A DNA stretch of 64,000 nt, from NCBI GenBank assembly GCA_038065355.1, contig JBBTRC010000005.1, positions 30,530 through 94,529 of the forward strand, in the 5' to 3' direction. Made by a program: the position numbers and the translations under genes. The notes beneath the pieces are model-generated. The model saw only the letters and a list, made by a program, of their open reading frames with translations. It had not been told where the DNA came from and made no database searches. Of the stretch, positions 17,101-29,100 are shown one piece after another (positions within the stretch are counted from its first letter, which is position 1; each line of letters starts with the position of its first letter). The DNA comes from Patescibacteria group bacterium. GTDB taxonomy: Bacteria; Patescibacteriota; Minisyncoccia; Phycocordibacterales; UBA918.

Positions 17101-20100
17101 TACACGTCGCCGCCCGTAGTTTTGGTGTTGAGCGAATAGGCGTTCGCACCATCAAGGGCTAGAGCACTGCCAGTCCAAGTCGTCGCGGCTCCGCCGACAC
17201 TGTTTAAGAACACACCTTCCACTTTTAATGTAGCTCCAGACTGTAAAGTGAAGCTACTCGCGCTCGCCAACGTAAAGTTGTTGGTAGTCGTCGCGGAAGC
17301 CGCCAGCGTGTAGCCCCCGGTCGGTGCACCAATTTGCACGTTGTAGAACGAACTCACGCCTGGATCAATGAATTCCCCACTATCGGAAGAGTTGAACAAC
17401 ACAGTATTTGAAGCGTGAGAGAAGGTGCCGCCACTCGCATCAAAACTGCCGCCGACAGACAGTGTGCCTGATGCCAGCGTGACGTTTCCGTCGGTAATAA
17501 AGACGCTGTCGAGGAAGGTAATATCTTCATCAAGCATGGTGTAAGCGCCTCCGCCAGCGAAGTTGACCGCGTAGAGGTCGGAGCTCGATGCCAAGAGTGT
17601 GGCCGTGGTGGCGTTGATGAGTTTCAAGTCAGCGGTGTTGTGGATGATAGACCCACCAGTATTTGCGAAGTCACCGCCGACAGTGAGACGGCCAGACGGT
17701 AGAGTGATGGTACCGCTTTCGACGGTAAAGACACCGGTCGTGGTGGCGTTGGTGTCGCCCCAGGTGTAGGCGGCGCCGGAAAATGTGACGCCGGCTAGAT
17801 CAGATCCCCCTTCTGTCACAATGCCTGATCCGGTAAAGAGCGCGTGGCCACCATTGGCATCAAAGGTGCCTCCAGTCTGTACCAGCGATCCGGCAAAAGT
17901 AGATGTGCCGATCGGGAACGTGAGTGCACCCGCACTTTTACGCAGATTGCCATCTACGGTGAGCGTGTTGTCCGAAATAACCCAACTTCCCGAACCAGTA
18001 AAATCAAGATGGTGAAAAGAGTGTTCATTCACGTCGATAGTTCGAGCGGCGCCGGTTGTGGTAAACGTCGTCGTGCCATTGCTACTGACAAAATCGGCGT
18101 TGTTACCAAGAATCATACTGCCGCCGACACTGAGAGTTTCTGTACCTTGTCCAGTCCAGAGCGCATCAGCGTGAAGCTCAAGTGTTCCGTCATAGTCGGC
18201 TCCGGCGCCACCGCCAGCCACCGTTACGTTTCCACTCGGCGCAAATTCTTTGGCGTCCCACACAATGAGTTTTCGATTGGCCGGCAAGATGAGTGTGTCG
18301 GTACCGGCATTGACGGCGGTGAATGGAATATCTGCGTCGTCTCCAGAGTCCCATACCGCGAGATCGGCAATGGTAATAGGGTTCACGTTTTCATGGCGCA
18401 CAATCACTCGATTTTCGTAGATATCCAAATCGCCAATGTTTGAGATTGGTTCTTTGGTCACAGTGGCACCCTCTGACGAAGTGCCGCTTATGTACACGAC
18501 AAGTGAGTCGGTGGTACCGTACGAGACATTGGAAATACTGTACGCGCCGGTCGTTGCGTTGCAACTAGCGGTGTACGACGTGATACCGGCCACTGTAAGC
18601 ACGATCACGTTGCTACTGCCGTCGCACACATTTGAAACGGTCGTTCCTTCGTCGCTGTAGACTGCGCCCGCGACCGTGATGAGTGCGGCTGAGTCATCCC
18701 ACGCCACATAACCTGGGTCTCCGCCCGGATCAACGTCATTGGCTTCTCCGTCAATGTCACCGTAGTGATTGGCAAAGCGCCACGCACTGACCGTCGTGCC
18801 GGTGGCGGTGACATTGAATGCACTGCCGACGCCATCGAGTGCAAAGCGGTTTTGTGTGAAGTTCTTGGCTGGGTTATTGGTGATGACCGAGCCGCCGACC
18901 GTTATCGCCGAACCACCGGTTTGCGATACTCCGAAATCCCCGTTTGAAAGTGTAGTCACCTGTGGCAAACCAGTGAAGATGATTCCGTCACTGCCCGTAT
19001 CGCGCACTTCGTAATAGCGAAGCGACGTTGAGGCGGTGCCGCCGATGGTGAGGGCATACGTGCCAGCACCTTGATTTTGTAAGGTCGTTGATGCCGACGA
19101 AACTCCGTAGACTGCGAGCGCGCCGCCGGTGTAGAGCGCGCTAGCTCCAGGGGCAAAGTACACATCAGTTTGGCGCTCGCTACCACTAAGATTAGTACCG
19201 TCAAAATCAGTGCTGTAACTCCAATGATCGGTACCGGTTGATTTTCGGTAAGCTCCCCAAATGTACAGATCACCATTTTGCGCCCCGTGATCTTGCGAGT
19301 AAAGCGACGCAGTGCTTTCTACATCATACGTACCAGCACTCGAGTTCCACATGCGAATTTGTGTGGTGTCGCCAATCGACAAAGTGTCGTAGGAATCGGT
19401 GGTAGTCGCGGTGTTGATACTGTAGTTACCACCGCCATAGAGACGCAAGGTGGCGCCAGTCCAGGTAGTGGCGGCTCCTCCTTCATCATTTACAAAGGTG
19501 CCACCAACCGCCAACACTTGCCCACTACCGGCGGTGAAAGTGTTGGCATTTAGCAGTCTCCAGGCGACGGTCGCAGTGGCGTGCTCGGTTATGGTAATGT
19601 CACCAGTCGTGTTTATGACGACATTGCCAAAACTACTCGTACCGGCGGCAATTATTTGCGTACCCGCGCCGTCAAATGTGAGCGTGCCATTGTTGCTCGT
19701 GAACACACCGTTATTTTCGTAATTGCCAGCCACCGTGAAGCTTGCAGTATCGCTCGCGCCGAGAGTACCATTGCTTTCGATGAAAACATCTCCATTCACA
19801 TCAAGCGCCGGATCACTGGTCGAGAGGTTAAAAGTCGTAGCGGCCGCACCGCCGATAGAAAGGTCATTGTCGACGATGATGCCAAGACCAGTGGCGGTGT
19901 AGGTAGGTGAACCAACAGCAGCGTTTAGTTCTAAATTATAGTACCGAGTTGAAAGCACGTTAGCCCCAGCGCCACTGTAGCGAATAGTGCTGGTGTCTTC
20001 TAAGAGTGTGCCGTTCTCAATAAATACTGTGCCCGTACCGGCTAAATCCCAAGCAGTACCACCGGCGTCGAGGAAGTGAGCGGGAGCGATAGTAAGTCGC

Positions 20101-23100
20101 CCACTTATGGTCGTGGTACTTGTAAATACCGGCGTAGTGGTGCCAATATCTATGCCATCACCGAGTTGTAAGTTGTAGAAAGTCCAAGGGCTCGTGCCGC
20201 CGAGAGTGTTGGTGTTGGCAATCGTCGTCGTACCAGCGCCAAAGGAAAGTATGCCGTTACCGCTTAATGAGCCGTTTTGAAGCGTAATGTCACCAGTACC
20301 GGTCACCGTGCCGGCAGTAAGCGTGAGGTCGCCATTGGTCACAATGTCTGCCCCCACATTCCAACTGCCCCCACTTCCGTTGAATTCAAGCTCGTTGAAT
20401 GCAATCGTACTGCTCGCGGTGATGCTCTTGCCGGAACTGGTAGCGTTCATATGCACCGTCGTACTGGCCGCGTCAAAGGTGGCGCCGTTTTCAAGCACGA
20501 GGCGGCCGCCAATAGTGAGGGTGCTGGTGCTATAGGCGTTCATAGTCGCATTCTCACCTAGGTACAATGTGCCGTCATAACTATTGGCGGCCGCGTTTGC
20601 TGCCAAAGTAACAACCCCATTCGGAGTAAACGTAGATGACGCAAAGACAAAAAGTTCAGTTCCAGCCAGCGTAGTGAGTGTGTTGGGGTTTGAAGTAGTG
20701 GCGGCCAAATAGCGCAGGTCGGTGTCGTTTGAAAAATCATACGTAGCCAAGTTGGCAATGGTAAGTGCTTCGGTATCTTCGTTCCGCACTATCACGCGGT
20801 TGACGTAAATATCCAAGTCGGTAATATCAGCGGTCGGTGTGCGGGTCACTACGCTACCCCGCTCATCACCAGAGGCGTCATCAAGATAGATGGTGAGCGT
20901 CGGGTCACCCACTATCACAATTCCCCCGATGCTATAGGTGCCGTCGACGTTGCTACAACTGCCAGTGTAGGATGCTCCGTTTTCGACTACCACCCGCACA
21001 ACCTGATCGACTCCGTCACAAGTGCCACCGACAAGTGGAGTGGTGCCCGCGTCGCTGTAAACCGTTCCGGCAACCGTAATGGCAAGCGAACTGTCATCAA
21101 AACGGACCGAACCAGGGTCGCCAGTGTCGTTGTCAAAATTTTCTCCATACAAATTGCCGCTTCCCTCTCTAAACCACCAGAATGAGGTTGGGGCGCCGTC
21201 AGTTTGGGCTACGTTAGTAGCAGAAATTGCCGTCGTAGTGGCAAAGTTCACATTGAAAATCTGCTTTGCCGGATTGGCATTAATGGTAGTTGAGGAGAGT
21301 GTGATCGCGGTGCCGCCACCTGCCGCGACCGTGTAGGAACCATCACGTAAATTCGACACATAGGTACCTCCAAGTAGAGATAGGCCAGAGAGACCGAGGT
21401 CAGTAAATTCGTAATATTGTGCCGTGGTGGTTCCGCCTGTCACCGCTACCGTGTAAGTACCAGTACTTTGATTTCTGATTGTGGTTGATGCGGTACTAGT
21501 ACCTGTGATGGAGAGCGTGCTATCGGTGAATGACGCAGTCGCATCAGAGGCAAAGCGTACGTCGATCGCTCGCTCGCTTCCACCTGCGAGCGAGGCGCCA
21601 TCAAAGTCGGTGGCGTAACTCCAGTGCTCAGTGCCGCTTGTCCGCGTGTAATCACCGAAAATGTAGAGGTCGCCGTCTACCGCTCCGTGATCTTGCGAGT
21701 AGAGTGCGCCGCCGCTTTGGGTAGAGTAGGTCGTTGCCGACGAGTACCACATCGCCACCTGTGTACTCGTGCCGACGGAAATGGTGTGATAGGCATCGCC
21801 GTTATCAACTTTAGAGTTGAGACTGTAGGAACCTGATCGGAGCGCGAGCGTCGCACCAGTCCAAGTAGTCGATGCGCCGCCGACGTTGTTGGTAAAAGTT
21901 GCTCCGACAGAAAGAGTTTGGCTCGGTGCGAGGGTAAAATCACTGGCGTTTGTTAAAGCAAAGCTGTTGGTAGTAGTCGCAGGCGCAGCTATCGTCCAGC
22001 CACCCGTCATACTATTGAAAGTAACGTTGTAGAGAGCAGAGTTACCAAAATCAACGATCTCGCCCGCATCGGTTGAATTAAAGAGGATGGTTCCAGAACC
22101 CGGCAACACCGAGGCGGCGTTTTGGTACGAGCCGCCAAGCGCGAGGGTGGCGCTTGGCAAAGAAAGCGTGCCTTGTGCGATGAAAAGGTCACCAGTCATG
22201 GTGGCAGTGGTGTCACTAAACGACCACGAACCAGAGCCATCAAATTGGACAGAATGATACGTCGAGCCGCCGGTTGTGAGAACTTCCGCAACGCTACTAT
22301 AAAACAAGAGAGTGCCGGTGCCGCCAGCAAAACTGCCGCCACCGTCAATGAGGGTACCGCCAATAGCAAACACGCCGGCTGGAAAGTTCAACGTCCCTTG
22401 CAAGACTCGAACGTCGTTCGTGCTGGTAGCGTTGATATCAAGTACAGTCCAACTGCCACCACCGTTGAAGGTGAGGTTGTTGGCCACATTGGTGAAGGTG
22501 CCGCCAGCAAAGGTGAGTGTCTCGGCGGCGTTTGAAGTGAAGTACAGGGTTCCGTTATTGTGTGCAAAGGTGCCGCTTGTTACTAGGAACGATCCGCCGA
22601 CGGTGGTCGTGGCAGTCGGAAGCGTAACCGTACCGGCCGTTACTTGTACATCGTTGCTCGCGTGGAGCGTCGGTTCTGTAAATGACCAACTACCGCCACT
22701 GCCATTGAAGGTAAGATCGTAGAATGCATCGCCGGCAGTGGTAATCGCGTGCGTAGAACTCGTGGCGGCAAACCTCACTTCGCCCGAGCGAGAAACGAAA
22801 TTGTTTTGGTTGTTCCATCGTCCATACACGGTGATATCGAAGTTGCTGGTTGAGGCGTCGAGCGTGTCGTTGGCACCAATTGTGATCGACTCGGCTGTTA
22901 CTGTGCCGGCCAGAGTGACTATTTTTGAAGTACCATCGACCACTACGTGACCGACATTCTGTTTCACTACATTCTGATCATTCCAAGTTGATGCTGTATT
23001 GCCGTCAAAAGTGGTGGTACCGATTCCCGTCCAAAAACCGCTAACGCCTGTGACTACGTTGCCTGCAACTGTTATCGCAGTCGTGCCACGTGCGAGGGTG

Positions 23101-26100
23101 CCTCGATTGACCGATAGGTTGCCATCAACATCAAGCGCGGTAAGCGGTGTCCAGGCACCACTACCGGTCGTCGTACCAAACGTGAGATTCGCGAAGGTGG
23201 TGTTAACGGCTCCAGTGTTGTCAATTGTTTCTGATGTGCTGGTGGCCGAAAACACAACCGTCGATCCGGTTAGTGTCGTCGTGGCGTTGTTGTCCCATGA
23301 ACCATTCACCTCGTGTGTGTACGAACCGGCGACAAAGATACCGTTATTTTCAAAATCATGAGTGACAAAGCGGCCGCCCGGTGTGTAGTACGTATCGGCA
23401 AGGATGTGGAGTTCCACATCTGTACAACCGCCACCGGCACACAATGAAAGGGTTGACCCGGAGAGGTCAAAGAAAACATCTTCGGTGTTTGTGAAATCGT
23501 AGAGACCGATATCGGCATCTGTGAGCGGAGTGGTAGTAGCATCGTTTGAACCGAGCGTGAGATGCCGCTCGTAGAGTACCATGCCATCAATATCACCTTG
23601 ACCATCGTACCTGGTCACGCCAACCGCCTCGTTTGCATCTGGCGCCGAGGTGACAAACACACTAACCACGTCGCCGGGGAAAGCGGTGACATTACTTATG
23701 CTCCAAGTGCCGCCGCCGACAGTGCCGGTCTTACCTGTCTGCAACACACCATTGACTGCAACCGCTACTGTGCCGCTCGTCACCGCTGTCGCTTGGTCAT
23801 ACTCGGCGATGGTGCCTGAAACGGTAATACCGCCCGCCCAGTCAATTTTCCAATCTGAAATGCTGGGGCAATTGCCTGACCCGTCGCAAGCAAGTTCAGC
23901 GTACGGACGAATGACATTGTAAGTATTGGTATTGAGATTACTAAGATCAAACGGCCCGGTTGTGGTACCGGCGACGTTACCCGGGAGATCTGCGTCCGGA
24001 ATAAAAGCCCAACTACCAGTCGCGGTGTAGTACTCTAGATGGTAACTGGCTACACTCGTACCTGGCGTGGCGTCATTCCACGAAAATGAGTCCCAGTAGG
24101 GGCCAGTCCCATCATTGAAATCTAGAGCCGGACTCACTACCGTCGTACCCTCACGACCGGGGTTGCGCGGAGCGAGAGAATAAGGATGGCCGAAAGGCGA
24201 AGTGTCAACTGACGCGTTTGTTTCAAGAGCTGAGAGGCTTGACCAGGTCGTGCCGTTCCAGGTGCTCGCTTGGTACGTATCAGATGGATCGTCAAAGAAG
24301 ACGCCGAGAATGGTGTTGTCGCCCGCTCGCGCCAACTGCAAAGTTGCGTTGTCACCGAGCGTGTCAACATTGCTGATCGACGACCAGGTGCTGGCGTTGT
24401 AAGTGAAGTAGCCAACTGCCGTAGTCGTACTGATGGCAGTCATGATGTAGCCGTTTCTGCCAGTGGTGTCTTCATACACGCAATCAAAACCCGGGTCTGT
24501 TTTGGCATTTCCATTGGCATCAGTCACTAACTCGGTTTGTCCGGCCCACGCCGAACCCGTCCAACGTACCACCCCCGCCGCCGTATCTTCATCCTGGTAA
24601 CAAAGAACCATCGCGTCACTGCCCACATCCCTCGACAACCGGGCCCACTCAAGATCATCACCAATGGCTTCTGTGGCGGCGGTCCCCCAAGTCGTTCCGT
24701 TCCAACTGTTCCAACGAAAACGAGCCGGATTGCCGTCTGAGGTCACAATGAGCGCTTGACCGCCGCTCTCTTCATACATAACCGCCATACCCTCATGAGC
24801 AGTGTCAACGATACTTCCCTGCGTCGTGGCATTACCCCAGCTACTGCCGCTCCAGACTTGAGCCTCATACTGGTTGCCAGCAGCATCCCGGGCCAGGAAG
24901 ACTATTTCGTCCGAAGTTGGGTCGGCCGCCAGCTGTAACCATTCACAATTGCTGGTGCTGTTGAGGTTAATCGTGCCACCGCTCGTCCATCCGGACCCGT
25001 TCCATATATAGTAGCTTGGGTCTGCGTCACCGTCACAGTACGCTACCAGGGCATCACCAGAGTTCGTTTCGTAGGCGATGTCAAAACCTTGCGCATTTAT
25101 GTTGCCGACGTTAGTTGTTAGTTCAAGCAAGTTAGCCCATTCGCCCGTCGCAAAAACTTGCACGTTCACGTCGGCGTCAGACCCGGCAGTGGCGGCCACA
25201 TATTCTTCCCTGGTGGCGCCTGCCTCTACCACTACCCTGCGGAGAGGCGCGCCGATATCAAGAAGGGTGCCTTCACTGCCCCAAAGAGAGCCGTCCCATT
25301 GCCGATAACGAGGCTGTGTCTCCGTACCCTCTCCATATACCAACATCGCCTCAGTGGCTGTGGTTGCCACCGTCACGGTATCGTTCGAAAGCGCAATAGT
25401 TCCTGAGAGAATATTAGAATCAAATTGCTCTTCTGTAGTTTGAAACCAGGTCGAAACGTCCGTGCCCGGTACCATAGTAAAACTTCTCGCTTCAGTCCAA
25501 AATGAGTAGGCATCGTCACCAGTCGTGTCTTTGGCCCGTACCCGCCACCAGTACGTTGTCGAGCCTGATAGTGCGTCTGCCGGCTGAATCGTAAATTGAA
25601 TCGTCTCGCCAGAATTAAATGGATCGGTATCCAGACCGGTGTCGATATTGGTAAATCCAGCAGCCGTGTCGGAGGTCCGGGTGGTCGAGGAAGTAAAATC
25701 GGGCGTAAGCGACCATTGAAGTTGATACGTGAGACTATCGTTTTGCGGATCGGCGGTTGTAAATTCAAATGTTGGTGTGGTGGTACCCACTTGCTCGTTG
25801 GCAAATAATTTTGTAATAGTCGGTGTCTCAACTCGATAGCCCCAATTGATGGTCCAGTCCTGGAGCGAAGGCGAACCACCTGAATTTGTAAACGTGGCGA
25901 CGATCCGCAGTACGTTGTACGTGTCGGTATCGAGCGTCAAGAGAGAGACCGGTGAGGTGTCAAAGCCGCTGCTGTTGCCGGTGAGCGCTGAATCCGGCAC
26001 CAACGACCAGGTATCGTCGGTATCCAAATATTCAATCTGGTATTTAATATCGCCGGCGGTTTCGGTGTCAGAGAAAACAAAGTTGTCCCAGGCGGTGCCC

Positions 26101-29100
26101 AAAGCACCATCGTCAAAATCAATCGCTCCACTTATCATGGTGCCAGTCGTCGAACCACTTATGAGAGATACTTGGTCACTGCCTGTCTGTACGCCGCTTA
26201 AGGCATTGGTATCAAATTGTTCGTCTTCGGTTTGAAACCAAGCGGAAGCGGTCAGTGCAGTATCGACGGTTACACTGTAAGTGGTTGACCAATTGCCCCA
26301 GTCTGCGGACCCATCGGGATCTTCAGCGCGCACTCGCCAGTAATAGGTGGTTCCATTTGTGAGTGACGAAGGAGGAATGACTCTGATTAAGTTACCTTGA
26401 ATAAACGGCGCCTTATCGGAGATGAGCACCTGGTTTTCGAAATAGTCATCTTCACTGGCGTTTTGTGTGTCGAGGTCATGAACTGGTGAAGAAAAATCGT
26501 AGTTGTTATCAATTTCAATTTCGTAATGTATCTTGTCACTCTCTGCATCAGTGGCGTAAAACTCAAACCACGGTGTGGTCGATGCGGTTTTTTCATTGTC
26601 AAACGGTGTTTCGAGCACCAGAGTACCTGGCGCGTCATTCGTGTAAATCTGCGGATAGTTTCCGTACGTTGAAAATGCCGAACCATCTCCTTCAACCAAC
26701 CGGAAACAATAATTGGTGCCAGGAACGGCGTTGTTATGTTGAAGTACGAAGTCCCATTCACCAAAGTCGCCGACTGTTATTTGGTTGGGTGTACTGGATG
26801 CGTAGCCATTTTCCTCGTATGTTTCTGCTACGGTGGACGATGCAAGAAGTTGCGACGTGAGCGTTCCGCTATCAGACACGCTGGTGTTGTTGTACCCACG
26901 CCAGAGTGCCGTCGTAGAAGAAATATCCCCCACATCACGCCAACCGCCAGCGGCGCTACAGGTAGCCGCCGCGGCGTATTGCAGTGTAAACGTCGAACCA
27001 GCACTTGAAGTCGCGTTTGAAACACTGGTGTTTAGACGCAAGCGAATACGCTCACCTTCCTTGACTGGCGTTGAAACAGCCGTTACTGGTTCGTTTTCAG
27101 CTAGATCACTAGCCCCACTTGGCCAAGGATCAGTGGGAACTTGCGCATTGTTGTTTACATACCACCGAAATGCTTGTTCTGTATAGACAGGATCAGTACC
27201 TTGCCGCTTACCAAAGACCACAGTGAGATAAGGCGGCAAGTGGCTGACTGTACTGAAGCTGTTGACATTAACCGAGTGCGTGTGGGCACCGCTCGCACCG
27301 GCGGTACCGCCTGGCTGGTTTCCGGGTGAATTGGCGCTCGGAGCACTCGAAGTGATACCGGTCACATCTGCATTTGTGTGGGTGTTTTGTCCTCCAGTTG
27401 CACTGAAGGTTGTTGATGCTTTGAGGAAACGCTGGTTGAACGGATCGCCGGAAAGCGAAGATATATCCAGCCAGCTGCCATCAACTTCTTCAGTCCACAT
27501 AGCGATGAGTCCGTTTGGCGGTGTGGTCGTCGCGTCGAGTTTACCGAGAATGACCTCGATGTAGCGCGGTTCGGTACTCGTTGAAGCTGTCGAACCGCCA
27601 ACTGTGTGCGTGTGCGTACTAAGCGCACCGGTTGCGGCGCCGCCACCACGGTTGCGGGTGCCAGTGCCGCCAGCTGTGCCGGTTGTACCACTAATTGCGT
27701 GCGTGTGAGTATTCCCGCCGCCGGTTGTACCGGGAGTATTTCCACCGTAGATGTAGTAACCGTCCTGTGCGCTGTATCTTGTCCAGCCGCTCGGAACGGT
27801 TGCGTCAAAGATACCAATGGCGCCGGTCGGAATGTCGGTCGGTTCACCAGCCGCGTCGGTGTACTGAATGACGCGCAACTCGCGATACGCCGGCAAGTTG
27901 GACGCGCTCGCGATAGTCGGCGAGTAGGTATGCGTATGAGCGACCGGAGCAATTGTGCCGGAACCGGATTCGGTGCTCGCAAGCGTGGTGGCCAAAACCG
28001 AGCCCACCGCCGTGTGCGTGTGCGTTGTCGCTCCGCCAGTCGTATTGTAGGTGGAGCTACCGTAGGCGAAGCGCTGGTAAAAAGTCCCAGACCCGCAAGA
28101 AAGACACGTCCAGCCAGTTGGAATCGCCGAACCGTTATCCCAAAATAGGATCATGTTGCCGACGGCATCGGAAGCAATTTGCCACTGCCGGTGCTCTAGG
28201 AACGAAGCGGCGGTCGGCTCCGCTGAAGTCGCTGTTGATGTTCCGCTGACAACAGTCGGTGACTGATTATCGTTTATGAGTTCGGCTGGTCCGAGGTTGT
28301 AAAGATAAGGGGACAAGTCGGGTGCATCAAAATCATACGAGACCGTTTCAGCACCCGCACCGAGAATCGAAATGTCCCAGGTCAGTATTTTTTCGTTGCC
28401 GGTTTGCGTGATGGTCGCATCGGTGTTAAATACGTCAAACTCTGCCGGAATACGTTCGGTCAGTGTACCGGTAAAAGAGCGGTTCGTTTCCACCGTGAGG
28501 TTCATCGGGTAAGGAGCGGGTGGGTAAATGCGAGTTGGACCATCGCGCAAAATTGCCAGTGGTTGATCATCAGCCACTAAAAATGTATCGGAAGTGAAGG
28601 CTAGTACATTGCCGTTTTCGTCGAGACGTTCCAAGTACAATTCGTAGGTGCCGGGAAGCGTGGTCGGTACTGCGGCACTGAAGTCAGGCACGTCTATCAC
28701 GTTGTTACCGTCACAGAAACCAGACTCGGTTACGGCAGGAACGGTAATGATGCCGGCCGGATCAGTCACGAACAAGTTGAAACTAGCTTGGCAGATAGTG
28801 TGTCCGTTTGGTGAGAGTGCTCCGATAGAGATCTCTGCTGTCTCGCCGGTTTGATACTCGCTTTGACTTGGGTTCATGCTTAAAATTCCCCACGCAAAGC
28901 TAAAGGTGTCGGTAAACACTACGCCGCCCTCATTCAGTGAGAGTTCGACTGCGTAGTTGCCTGGGCGAAGTTTTGCCAGATCCTCGTCTTCAAATTCAAC
29001 AGTGATGAGTCCCTCTTTTGTGGTAGTGATGCGAGGAGAAATACCAATCGGACCTTCGCCCTGGTGTCTAACAAGCACCGACTCTACCGTGACCACGTTG

